The notes below the pieces were generated by a model. The model was not told where the DNA came from. It saw only the letters and a list, made by a program, of their open reading frames with translations, and made no database searches. Position numbers and translations under genes: made by a program. Below, piece after piece: positions 42,618-51,760 of a stretch of DNA of 64,000 bases (position 1 is its first letter; every line of letters begins with the position of its first letter). Source of the DNA: Gammaproteobacteria bacterium (GTDB lineage: Bacteria; Pseudomonadota; Gammaproteobacteria; Ga0077536); the NCBI GenBank assembly GCA_016209015.1, contig JACQWY010000025.1:3747-67746 (forward strand). The letters are read 5' to 3'.

Positions 42618-44060
42618 GTGGTGACGCTCGTCTGGTTCCGGCGCGATCTGCGGCTCGCGGACAATCCCGCACTCGTCCATGCGCTCGCCGCCGGCCGCCC
42701 GATCGTCCCCTGCTTCATTCTCGACGATGCGGATGCGGGCGACCGCGCACCGGGCGGCGCGTCGCGCTGGTGGCTCGACGGTTCGCTGGCCGCACTCGCC
42801 CGCGATCTCGCCGCGCGCGGCAGCCGGCTCGTGCTGAAGCGCGGCCCCGCGGAACGCGTGCTCGACGCGTTGATCGCCGAGACCGGCGCGAGCGCGGTCG
42901 TCTGGAACCGCCGCTACGAGCCGTGGGCACGCGCCCGTGACGAGCGCGTGACATCACGGCTCGAAGCGCGCGGGATCGAGGCGACGAGCTGCAATGCGGC
43001 GCTCCTGCGCGAGCCCTGGATGCTCGCGACGCGGCAGGGCGAACCGTACCGCATCTTCACGCCGTTCCGGACAGCGCTGCGCGCGCGCTTCGAACCGACG
43101 CCGCCTATGCCCGCGCCCGATCGCCTGCCGGCGCCGCGCCGCTGGCCCGCGAGCGAGACGCTCGCGAGCTTGTGCCTGCTGCCGGACAAACCCGATTGGG
43201 CTGGGGGTTTGCGCGCGGCCTGGAGCCCGGGTGAAACCGGCGCCCGCGCGCGGCTCGACGCGTTCCTCGATGGCGCACTCCTCGATTACCGCGAGCGCCG
43301 CGACCTGCCGGGCACGCGCGGCACCTCGCGCCTCTCGCCGCATCTGCATTTCGGCGAGATCGGACCGAAGCAGATCTGGCATGCGGTGAAGACGCACGCG
43401 CTCGCCGAGACCGGCGACACCGATCCGCCGGGCGCGGCGACGTTCCTCTCCGAGATCGCCTGGCGCGAATTCTCCTATCACCTGCTCCATCACTTCCCGG
43501 CACTGCCCGACGTGCCGCTGCGCGCCGGGTTCGAGGCGTTCCCGTGGCGCGAGGACGGCGCGGGCGAGCGCGCCTGGCAGCGCGGGCTCACCGGCTATCC
43601 GATCGTCGACGCAGGGATGCGCGAATTGTGGGCGACGGGCTGGATGCACAACCGCGTGCGCATGATCGTCGCGTCTTTCCTCGTGAAGGATCTGCTCGTG
43701 CCCTGGCAGCGCGGCGAGCGCTGGTTCTGGGACACGCTCGTCGATGCGGATCTCGCGTCGAACGCCGCGAGCTGGCAGTGGGTCGCGGGTTGCGGTGCCG
43801 ATGCCGCACCTTACTTCCGGATCTTCAATCCGGCGCTGCAGGGCGCGAAATTCGATCCGCGCGGCGAGTACGTGCGGCGCTGGGTGCCCGAGCTCGCGAA
43901 GCTCCGCGACGCGCAGATCCACGCGCCCTGGGAGGCGCAGCCGATCGAGCTCGCGGAGGCGGGAATCACGTTGGGGCGGACCTATCCGCAGCGCATCGTC
44001 GATCACCGGCTCGCGCGTCAGCGCGCGCTCGACGCGTTCGCGAAGCTCGGCAAGACCTGA
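42618..44060 (+). CDS. phrB: Deoxyribodipyrimidine photolyase (CPD class I/III); start uncertain
   Basis: WFRRDLRLADNPAL, TSRLSPHLHFGEI, GWMHNRVRM, APYFRIFNP. Confidence 0.95.
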   Translation: MVTLVWFRRDLRLADNPALVHALAAGRPIVPCFILDDADAGDRAPGGASRWWLDGSLAALARDLAARGSRLVLKRGPAERVLDALIAETGASAVVWNRRYEPWARARDERVTSRLEARGIEATSCNAALLREPWMLATRQGEPYRIFTPFRTALRARFEPTPPMPAPDRLPAPRRWPASETLASLCLLPDKPDWAGGLRAAWSPGETGARARLDAFLDGALLDYRERRDLPGTRGTSRLSPHLHFGEIGPKQIWHAVKTHALAETGDTDPPGAATFLSEIAWREFSYHLLHHFPALPDVPLRAGFEAFPWREDGAGERAWQRGLTGYPIVDAGMRELWATGWMHNRVRMIVASFLVKDLLVPWQRGERWFWDTLVDADLASNAASWQWVAGCGADAAPYFRIFNPALQGAKFDPRGEYVRRWVPELAKLRDAQIHAPWEAQPIELAEAGITLGRTYPQRIVDHRLARQRALDAFAKLGKT

Positions 44061-44180
44061 ATGCCCGGCATGGGCCAGGTGTTCATGCCGGCCGGCCCGC
44101 CGGTCGCCGTGCCGCTGCCGCTGCCCGCGCTGCTGCTCGGCTCCGGCTTCGCGGGCCTCGTCTTCCCACGCCGGAGTTGA
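44061..44180 (+). CDS. 39-aa micro-ORF consisting of a VPLP-CTERM exosortase-type tail (possible remnant)
   Basis: MPGMGQVFMPAGPPVAVPLPLPALLLGSGFAGLVFPRRS. Confidence 0.6.
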   Translation: MPGMGQVFMPAGPPVAVPLPLPALLLGSGFAGLVFPRRS

Positions 44181-44195
44181 GGCCCGCGGAGTGCC

Positions 44196-45845
44196 TCAGG
44201 ACGCGGCGGCCGCGACCCGCGTCGAGGAGAACTCGAAGCCCTCGTAGCCCCGCTCGACGACCGACTCGCAGATCCGGCGGTAGGTGCCGACGCCGCCGGC
44301 GTACGGCGTGAAGGCGCGCACTTTGCCTGCGATGTTCGTGCCCGTGTACCAGGAGTCGGTATGCGGATACAGCGTGCCGTGGCCGACTTCGTGAACCGTC
44401 TGACCCCAGGCCCGCTCGGCGTCGCGGGAGGGCTCGACGCTGTCGTAACCCTTCCGCTGCATGTGCTCGAGACAGCCGGCGATCCAGTCGACGTGCTGCT
44501 CGATCGACATCAGCATATTGCTCAACACGCTCGGGCTGCCGGGGCCGGTGATCATGAAGAAATTCGGAAAGCCGACAGACTGGATGCCGAGATAGGTGTG
44601 CGGACCGTCCGCCCACTTCGCGTTCAGCGATTCGCCGCCGCGGCCCACGATGCCGAGTTTGAGCAGGGGGCCCGTGATCGCGTCGAAACCGGTCGCGAAG
44701 ATCAGCACGTCGAGCGGGTACTCCGCGTCGCGCGTCTTCACGCCGGCGGCGGTGATGCGCTCGATCGGCGCGCTGCGGATGTCGACGAGCGTGACGTTGT
44801 CGCGGTTGAACGTCTCGTAGTAGCCGGTGTCGACGCACAGGCGTTTCGTGCCGAGCGGGTGATCGTTCGGCGTCAGCAGCTTCGCGACTTCCGGATCCTT
44901 CACGACCTGCCTGATCTTGCGCTCGACGAATTCGGCGGCCGTCCGGTTCGATTCGAGATCCGTCAGGAGATCGGGATAAGCCATCACGAAATTGAAACCG
45001 CCCTCGGCCCAGGCCGCCTCGTAATCGCGTTCGCGCTCCTCCGGCGGGACGAGCTTCGCCTGCTTGCCGTTCGGCGTGAACGGGATGCCGATCTGCGCGT
45101 AGCGCGAGCGCTCGCGCCACGCGCCGTAGTTCGCCTTGAGCGCGCTGACCGCGGCCCGATCGAGCGGCCCGTTCCAGGCCGGGATGCTGTAGTTCGGCGT
45201 GCGCTGGAAGACGTGCAGATGCCCGGCTTCCTTCGCCACCGCGATCGTCGACTGCACGCCCGAGGATCCCGTGCCGACGATGCCGACGCGCTTGCCGCGG
45301 AAGTCGACCGCGCGATGCGGCCAGCGGCCGGTGTGATACCACTCGCCCTGGAAGTCCTCGAGGCCCGGATAGTCCGGCAGCACGGAGGCCGACAGACAAC
45401 CCACGGCGCCGATGCAGAAACGTGCCGCGACTTCCTCGCCGCGATCGGTCGTCACGCGCCACAGTCGCGACGCGTCGTCGTAGTGCACGCTGATGACGCT
45501 CGTCTCGAACTGGATGTCGCGACGCAGATCGAAGCGGTCGGCGACGTGATTCGCATAGGCGAGGATTTCGCTCTGCGGCGCGTAGCGCTCCGTCCACTCC
45601 CACTCCTGCTCGAGCGCGCCGTCGAAGGAATAGGAGTAGGTCACGCTCTCGGTGTCGCAGCGCGCGCCGGGATAGCGGTTCCAGTACCAGGTGCCGCCGA
45701 CACCGTCGCCGCGCTCGTAGACACGTGCGCTCAATCCCAGCCTGCGCAGGCGATGGAGCATGTACATGCCGGCGAAACCGGCGCCGATGACGACCGCGTC
45801 GAGCGCGACGCGGTGGGAGGATGGAGCTCGATTCATCGATGACAT
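44196..45845 (-). CDS. Type I Baeyer-Villiger monooxygenase
   Basis: GAGFAG, GGTWYWNRYPGARCD, fingerprint FQGEWYHTGRWP, GTGSSG. Confidence 0.95.
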   Translation of the reverse strand: MSSMNRAPSSHRVALDAVVIGAGFAGMYMLHRLRRLGLSARVYERGDGVGGTWYWNRYPGARCDTESVTYSYSFDGALEQEWEWTERYAPQSEILAYANHVADRFDLRRDIQFETSVISVHYDDASRLWRVTTDRGEEVAARFCIGAVGCLSASVLPDYPGLEDFQGEWYHTGRWPHRAVDFRGKRVGIVGTGSSGVQSTIAVAKEAGHLHVFQRTPNYSIPAWNGPLDRAAVSALKANYGAWRERSRYAQIGIPFTPNGKQAKLVPPEERERDYEAAWAEGGFNFVMAYPDLLTDLESNRTAAEFVERKIRQVVKDPEVAKLLTPNDHPLGTKRLCVDTGYYETFNRDNVTLVDIRSAPIERITAAGVKTRDAEYPLDVLIFATGFDAITGPLLKLGIVGRGGESLNAKWADGPHTYLGIQSVGFPNFFMITGPGSPSVLSNMLMSIEQHVDWIAGCLEHMQRKGYDSVEPSRDAERAWGQTVHEVGHGTLYPHTDSWYTGTNIAGKVRAFTPYAGGVGTYRRICESVVERGYEGFEFSSTRVAAAAS

Positions 45846-45873
45846 ATTTGGGCTTTCCTGCTGATTACGGGAC

Positions 45874-46248
45874 TCAGGCGCGGCGCGGACGTTGCACGTC
45901 CTTCGCCTGTACCGCGGGCACGATTTCCTCGTAGACCGGCGCGTTCAAAGTGCTCATGTCCATCGCGTCGATCATCACCATGTCCGCGGTGCCGGCGCGC
46001 GCGACGATCTCGTTCAGCGACGCCGCGAGATCGTCGGTCTCGATTTCGTAGAGCGCGAGGTAGCGATGCGTCGGTTCCTGCGTATTGAACGGGAACTGCG
46101 ATTTCGCGAGCCGGAAGCGGCGGCCGGAGACGAAGCCGGGCACGTTCAGGACGTCGGGCACGTGGTGCTCGTCGTACCAGGCGTTGAACTCCGCTTCCTT
46201 GTCCGGGGACGTGGGATTCGTGAAGGCCAGGAAGGTGTACTTGGGCAT
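45874..46248 (-). CDS. EthD/DUF4286-like dimeric alpha-beta barrel protein
   Basis: EAEFNAWYDEHHVPDVL..PGF..YLALYEI. Confidence 0.8.
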   Translation of the reverse strand: MPKYTFLAFTNPTSPDKEAEFNAWYDEHHVPDVLNVPGFVSGRRFRLAKSQFPFNTQEPTHRYLALYEIETDDLAASLNEIVARAGTADMVMIDAMDMSTLNAPVYEEIVPAVQAKDVQRPRRA

Positions 46249-46474
46249 GGCAGACTCTCCTGCGGGGTGATGACATCGGAATGCGCCTGCAGCATGCCAT
46301 GCGGCGCGGGCGCGTGCATCTGCATCTATCGCCCCCGCGCACACCGCTTCCTTCCCTCGCTCACGCCATGCCCTCACCACGCGCAGGCTCACGGGATCTC
46401 GCCCGAGGCTGGTTCGGGCCGGATATTCCAGGCATTTCGCCCGTGATATTCTTTGCGGCGGGCTCGCAGTCCGA

Positions 46475-47803
46475 TTGCCGTCACTCCCGGAGACCCCGTT
46501 GCCAGACCAGTCCGCTCAGAAGTCCGCGCACGATGCGGACGTGCTCATCATCGGCGGAGGCCCCGCGGGCTCGACGCTCGCCGCGCTGCTCGCCGCGCGC
46601 GGCAAATCCGCAGTGGTGCTCGAGAAGGATCGGCATCCGCGTTTCCACATCGGCGAATCGCTGCTGCCATTCAACGTGCCGTTGTTCGAGCGCCTCGGCG
46701 TACTCGACGAGATCCGGCGCATCGGCATGCCGAAGTTCGGTATCGAATTCGTCTCACCTCATCACGAGCGACCGAGCCTGCTGGAATTCGCCGGCAGCTG
46801 GCACAAGGAGCAGGACTGCGCGTTCCAGGTCCGGCGTTCCGATTTCGATCTCGTCCTGCTTCGGAACGCCTCCGCAAAAGGGGCGCGGGTGTTCGAGGAA
46901 TGCCGCGTCACCGAGGTCGCGTTCCCCACCGGAGGCGGCGTGTGCGCGACGTCCGTCGATACCGATGGCGCGACCCGCGAGTGGCACGCGCGCTTCCTCG
47001 TCGACGCGAGCGGCCGCGATACCTTCATGGCCGGACGCCAAAACCTGAAGCAACGCAACAAGCGTCACGCGAGCGCGGCGATCTTCGGACATTTCACGAG
47101 TGCCGAGCGCCTGCCCGGCCGCGCGGCGGGCAACATCAGTATCTTTTGGTTCGCGAAAGGCTGGTTCTGGTTCATTCCGCTCGCCGACGGCACGACGAGC
47201 ATCGGCGCGGTGTGCCGGCCTGAGACCTTCAAGGCGCGCGAGAGCGACGTGACCGCGTTTCTCATGGAGCTCATCGCGACGTGTCCCGCCTTGGCGGCCC
47301 GCCTGAAGAATGCCGCGCTGACCGGCCCGGCGACGGGCACCGGCAATTATTCCTACGACTGCACGAGCATGGTCGGCGATCGCTATCTCATGGTGGGCGA
47401 TGCCGCCGGCTTCATCGATCCGGTGTTCTCGACGGGCGTCTATCTCGCCATGCACGGCGCGTTCGTGGCCGCCGACGCGGTGACGACCAGCCTCGACCAG
47501 CCGGCGCGCGCGGCGGCGGCGTTGCGCGACTACGAGCGCGATTGCCGCAAGAAGCTGGCGCGATTCTCGTGGTTCATCTATCGCATCACGAGCCCGGCGA
47601 TTCGCGGCCTGTTCATGGCGCCGCGCAATTACCTGCGGGTAGAGGAGGCCGTGCTCGCGCTCTTGTCGGGCGACGTCGATGCACGATCGCCGATCCGCTC
47701 GCGGCTGCTGCTGTTCAAGCTGCTCTACTATTTCGGGACGGGCTTCGACAAGTTGCGCGACGCCCTGCTCCGTCCTTCCGCCGCTCTGCGCGTCCGGAGC
47801 TGA
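46475..47803 (+). CDS. Flavin-dependent halogenase-family protein; start uncertain
   Basis: GGGPAG, PRFHIGESLLP, conserved Lys in MPKFG, WFWFIP, GDAAGFIDPVFSTG. Confidence 0.85.
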   Translation: MPSLPETPLPDQSAQKSAHDADVLIIGGGPAGSTLAALLAARGKSAVVLEKDRHPRFHIGESLLPFNVPLFERLGVLDEIRRIGMPKFGIEFVSPHHERPSLLEFAGSWHKEQDCAFQVRRSDFDLVLLRNASAKGARVFEECRVTEVAFPTGGGVCATSVDTDGATREWHARFLVDASGRDTFMAGRQNLKQRNKRHASAAIFGHFTSAERLPGRAAGNISIFWFAKGWFWFIPLADGTTSIGAVCRPETFKARESDVTAFLMELIATCPALAARLKNAALTGPATGTGNYSYDCTSMVGDRYLMVGDAAGFIDPVFSTGVYLAMHGAFVAADAVTTSLDQPARAAAALRDYERDCRKKLARFSWFIYRITSPAIRGLFMAPRNYLRVEEAVLALLSGDVDARSPIRSRLLLFKLLYYFGTGFDKLRDALLRPSAALRVRS

Positions 47804-47808
47804 CGGTC

Positions 47809-48654
47809 TTGGGCACGTCCGCCGACAGCCGCGATTCCAGGCGGGCCGGTCCCGCGCACTGCGCGAAGCACGTCGAGACCTCGCCCGCGTGCTCGGCGCA
47901 CGACAGTCACCTCGTCATCATCCCGAGCTACAACTCCGGTCCGAAGCTGCTCGAGACCGTGCGCGAGGCGCGACGTTACTGGGCGCCGGTCTGGGTGGTG
48001 ATCGACGGCAGCACCGACGGCAGCCGTCTCGCGGTCGAAGCGCTCGCGAAAGAGGATCCCGAAATCGCGATCTTCGCCCTCCCGCACAACCAGGGTAAGG
48101 GCGCGGCCATCCTGCACGGCCTGCGCTCCGCCGAAGCGGCGGGCTACAGCCACGTGCTGACCATGGACGGCGACGGCCAGCATCCGGCGAACGCGATCCC
48201 GAACTTCATCGCCGAATCGATCGCGAATCCCGACGCGCTGATCCTCGGCCGCCCGATCTTCGACGCCAGCGCGCCGCGCATCCGCGTGCTCGGGCGCAAG
48301 CTCTCGAACTGGTGGACGCGCGTGGAGACGCTGTGGACCGCGAGCTTCGATTCGCTGTTCGGATTCCGCGTATATCCCGTCGCGGAGCTGCGCCGGGTGC
48401 TCGAGCAGAGCCGCTGGATGCGGCGTTTCGATTTCGACGCGGAGGCGGCCGTGCGTTTGTGCTGGCGCGGTTGCAGACCGATCAGCCTGCCCGCGCCGGT
48501 GCAGTACTTCCTGCCGCATGAGGGCGGCATCTCGCACTTCCGCTACGTGCGCGACAATCTGCTCCTGACCTGGATGCACGTGCGGCTCGTGATGTGCTCG
48601 CTCGTGCGCCTGCCGGCGCTTGCCGCCCGGCGCCTCAAATCATCCCCCCGTTGA
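47809..48654 (+). CDS. Glycosyltransferase family 2; start uncertain
   Basis: VIIPSYN, IDGSTD, NQGKGAA, MDGDGQH. Confidence 0.9.
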   Translation: MGTSADSRDSRRAGPAHCAKHVETSPACSAHDSHLVIIPSYNSGPKLLETVREARRYWAPVWVVIDGSTDGSRLAVEALAKEDPEIAIFALPHNQGKGAAILHGLRSAEAAGYSHVLTMDGDGQHPANAIPNFIAESIANPDALILGRPIFDASAPRIRVLGRKLSNWWTRVETLWTASFDSLFGFRVYPVAELRRVLEQSRWMRRFDFDAEAAVRLCWRGCRPISLPAPVQYFLPHEGGISHFRYVRDNLLLTWMHVRLVMCSLVRLPALAARRLKSSPR

Positions 48655-49354
48655 TCGACACGATCTGGCCGGAGATGTAGGCCGCGCGATCGGAGGCGAG
48701 GAACGCCGCGAGCTCCGCGACCTCCTCCACGGTGCCGGCACGCTTCATGGGCACGAGACGGTCGATGGTCTCCTTGTCGAACGCACCGTCCGCCATCGGC
48801 GTGGCGATGATTCCGGGCGCGATCGCGTTGACGGTGATGCCGCGGCTCGCGAGCTCCAGCGACAAGGCTTTCGTGGCGCCGTGCAGGCCGCTCTTCGCCG
48901 CCGCATAGTTGACCTGCCCGCGATTGCCGACGAGCGCGGCGACAGAGGAGATGTTCAGTATCCGCCCCCAGCGCGTGCCGATCATCGGCATGAGCAGCGG
49001 TTGCGTGACGTTGAAGAAGCCGTTCAGCGTGACGTCGACGACCTGCGACCACTGCGCCGGCCGCATGGCGGGCATCACGGCGTCCGCGTGCAGGCCGGCG
49101 TTGTTGACGACGATCTGGATCGGACCGGACTGCAGGATGACGTCGAGCGCCGACGCCGTCTTCCCGGCATCCGTGACGTCGAACTCGACCGCGCTCGCTG
49201 AACCGCCGGCGGCGCGGATCGCCGCCGCCACCTCTTCGCTCCGCGCGAGATGTCGATTGGCGTGGACGTAGACGTGGGCGCCATCCGCGGCGAGACGCCG
49301 GCACAAAGCCGCGCCGATCGCGCCGCTGCCGCCCGTGACGATCGCTCTCTTCAT
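48635..49354 (-). CDS. fabG: 3-oxoacyl-ACP reductase (cluster-specific FabG)
   Basis: TGGSGAIG, NNAG, YAAAK. Confidence 0.92.
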   Translation of the reverse strand: MKRAIVTGGSGAIGAALCRRLAADGAHVYVHANRHLARSEEVAAAIRAAGGSASAVEFDVTDAGKTASALDVILQSGPIQIVVNNAGLHADAVMPAMRPAQWSQVVDVTLNGFFNVTQPLLMPMIGTRWGRILNISSVAALVGNRGQVNYAAAKSGLHGATKALSLELASRGITVNAIAPGIIATPMADGAFDKETIDRLVPMKRAGTVEEVAELAAFLASDRAAYISGQIVSINGGMI

Positions 49355-49785
49355 GGGTTGCCTCCATCGAGAACCACCGCGGCCCGGCCGTGCAGCACGG
49401 ACCGTCCGGCGGCGCGCACTTCGAATCGGTAAATCATGCGGTCGGCTTCGCCCGCGAGACACTCCGCGACGATCACCAGCTCGCCCTCCAGATCGTCGAG
49501 ACGCGGGACCTCGAACACCACCGCGCGCAGGCTCGCGAGATAACCGACCCGCGGTTGCGCGCCGACGGCGGCGATCAGACCGCCGTGGACGGCCATGGCC
49601 TGGGCAGCGTATTCGACGCCACAGGCCGCGCCGAGCCAGCCGTCCTCGACCAAGGGGTTCGCCGGATCGCGGTGACTCGTCGCGATGCAGTGAATCGTGC
49701 GCTGGTCCCAGGCGGTCACGCGATCGAGCAGACACATCCGGTCCGCGTGCGGGATCAATGCTGAAATCGCGGCACGATCGATCAT
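49351..49785 (-). CDS. Hotdog-fold dehydratase subunit (ApeP-like)
   Basis: LIPHADRMCLLD, GVEYAAQAMAVH. Confidence 0.85.
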   Translation of the reverse strand: MIDRAAISALIPHADRMCLLDRVTAWDQRTIHCIATSHRDPANPLVEDGWLGAACGVEYAAQAMAVHGGLIAAVGAQPRVGYLASLRAVVFEVPRLDDLEGELVIVAECLAGEADRMIYRFEVRAAGRSVLHGRAAVVLDGGNP

Positions 49786-50576
49786 GCCGGCAAGGGCGCC
49801 ACGCCCACCGCGAGCAGTCGACCCGCAGCGTGCTCCACGTATATCTCGTCACGCCGGCCGGCGGCCAGCGCGGCGAGCAAGGGCAGTGCACGTGCTGCGG
49901 GATTGCCGAGGCGTACCGCCTCGAGACCGGGCTCTTGCGCGGAAGTGGCCTGGCCCTCGCCGGCGAAGGCGAGCCTCAGCTCTGCGCGGCTCGCAGGCGT
50001 GCGTTGCGCCGAGAGCACGAAGGCGGCGCCGAAAGCGCAGACGATGTGGCGGACGGCATCGAGCACCGGCGGGTTAGGCGTGTCGTAAGCGGCGAGCAGC
50101 ACCCGGCCTCCTGCGACGAGCGCCTGGGTGACGGCTTCGAGCAAGCCGGCGGCGAAGCTGAAGTCGTAGGCGCAGAGACTCGTGGCGGCGGCACGCGAGC
50201 CCGTCGCGATGCTCCAATAGCCGGACGGCGCGTTGTGCACGGAGTTGTGGAAGCGCGTCGGCGAGACTTCGCGGCCGGGAGTGGCGAGCACTTCGAGGAT
50301 CGCTGCGATCGTCGCACCGTCGCCGCCGGAGGACGCGAACACGGAGGGCAGCTCCGCCGCTGCTCCCGCGTCGTGCACGGCTTCCGCGCAGATCGCGAGC
50401 GCGAGCTTCACGCTCGCAGTGGCGCGACGGCGTTCGGCCGCCGCGAGCAGCTCCGGCGCCTCGAGCCGCAGCTCGGACGGTGCGAACGGCGCTACGCCTG
50501 CGAGCGACGCACGCCCCGTCGCCCAGTCCGGCATTCCCGGCCCGCGCAGACCCACGCCTTCGAGATAGACCCTCAC
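49782..50576 (-). CDS. Ketosynthase chain-length factor
   Basis: AAERRR, SPTRFHNSVHNA; no catalytic Cys. Confidence 0.88.
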   Translation of the reverse strand: MRVYLEGVGLRGPGMPDWATGRASLAGVAPFAPSELRLEAPELLAAAERRRATASVKLALAICAEAVHDAGAAAELPSVFASSGGDGATIAAILEVLATPGREVSPTRFHNSVHNAPSGYWSIATGSRAAATSLCAYDFSFAAGLLEAVTQALVAGGRVLLAAYDTPNPPVLDAVRHIVCAFGAAFVLSAQRTPASRAELRLAFAGEGQATSAQEPGLEAVRLGNPAARALPLLAALAAGRRDEIYVEHAAGRLLAVGVAPLPA

Positions 50577-51760
50577 GACGCGAGACCGAGGACGAGGCTG
50601 CAATTGCTGCCGCCGAAGCCGAAGGAATTGCTCATCACCCGGCGCAGCGGCAGGGCGGCGCCGGCCGTCACATAGCGGCTCTGCAACGCCGGATCGGGCG
50701 TTCGCGTCGTCGGGCTCGCCGGAATGAATCCGTGCTCGAGACACAGCGCGGCGATGATCGCCTCCACGACGCCGGCGGCGCCGAGCGTGTGCCCGGTGAG
50801 ACCCTTCGTCGAGCTGCAGGGCGTCGCAGCGCCGTACAGCGTCGCGATGGCGCGATCTTCGGCCGCATCTCCGACCTTCGTCGCGGTGCCGTGGAGGTTC
50901 ACGTAGTCGATGTCGCCGGGCTCGAGCCCGGCCGCGCTCAGCGCAGCCTGCATGGCCTGTAACGCGCCCAGACCTTCCGGATGCGGGGCCGACATGTGGT
51001 GCGCATCGCTGCTCTCGCCGACTCCGAGCAAGACGATCCCGTCGCCCCTCGCGTTCATTGCGCGCTCGAGGAGGACGAAACCTGCGGCCTCGCCGATCGA
51101 GATGCCGTCGCGTGCGGCGTCGTAGGGACGGCATGCGCCCGCGGCGGTAAGCTGGAGAGAATGGAAGCCGTAGAGCGTGGTGAGACAGAGACTGTCCGCA
51201 CCGCCCACGACCGCCGCATCGCAAACGTCGAGCGCAATCATGCGGGCGGCGGCCGCGAACGCTTTCGCCGTGGAGGCGCAGGCCGCGGAGATCGCGAAAG
51301 CCGGGCCGGTGAGCTGCAACGCCTGCCGCACGAATTCGGCGATGGAATAAGTGTTGTGCGCGCCGCGGTAGCGGAACCCGGCCGGCAATGCGCCCCCGGC
51401 GTCGCGGTGGCGGAAAGCAATTTCCGATTCGTGGATCCCGGCGGTGCTGGTGCCCGCGAAGACCCCGATGCGATGCGCGCCGTAGCGCGCCCGCGCGGCG
51501 GCGACAGCGGCGGCGAAGCCGTCCTCGTCGAGCGCGCGCCGGGCGAGACGGTTGTTGCGACAGTCGTAGTCCGCGAATTCGCCGGCGAGCGCTTGGCACT
51601 CGAGGCCGTCGACGGCGCCGATGCACGTCTCGAGCGTCACGGTCTCGAAATCGCAGGGCCTGAGTCCGCTGCGCGCCGCGCGCAATGCCGCGAGCGTGGC
51701 CGCGAGCCCCGAACCCAGGCTCGACACCAGGCTGTAGCGGCTCATGCGCAGACCGTTCAC
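50573..51760 (-). CDS. Beta-ketoacyl-ACP synthase (aryl-polyene type)
   Basis: ACASTAK, LHGTAT, GHTLGAAG, NSFGFGG. Confidence 0.93.
   Translation of the reverse strand: MNGLRMSRYSLVSSLGSGLAATLAALRAARSGLRPCDFETVTLETCIGAVDGLECQALAGEFADYDCRNNRLARRALDEDGFAAAVAAARARYGAHRIGVFAGTSTAGIHESEIAFRHRDAGGALPAGFRYRGAHNTYSIAEFVRQALQLTGPAFAISAACASTAKAFAAAARMIALDVCDAAVVGGADSLCLTTLYGFHSLQLTAAGACRPYDAARDGISIGEAAGFVLLERAMNARGDGIVLLGVGESSDAHHMSAPHPEGLGALQAMQAALSAAGLEPGDIDYVNLHGTATKVGDAAEDRAIATLYGAATPCSSTKGLTGHTLGAAGVVEAIIAALCLEHGFIPASPTTRTPDPALQSRYVTAGAALPLRRVMSNSFGFGGSNCSLVLGLAS

Noticed and set aside
44058-44110. Selenocysteine recoding of the phrB TGA
   Set aside because: The photolyase ends at its normal C-terminus and no convincing SECIS was recognised
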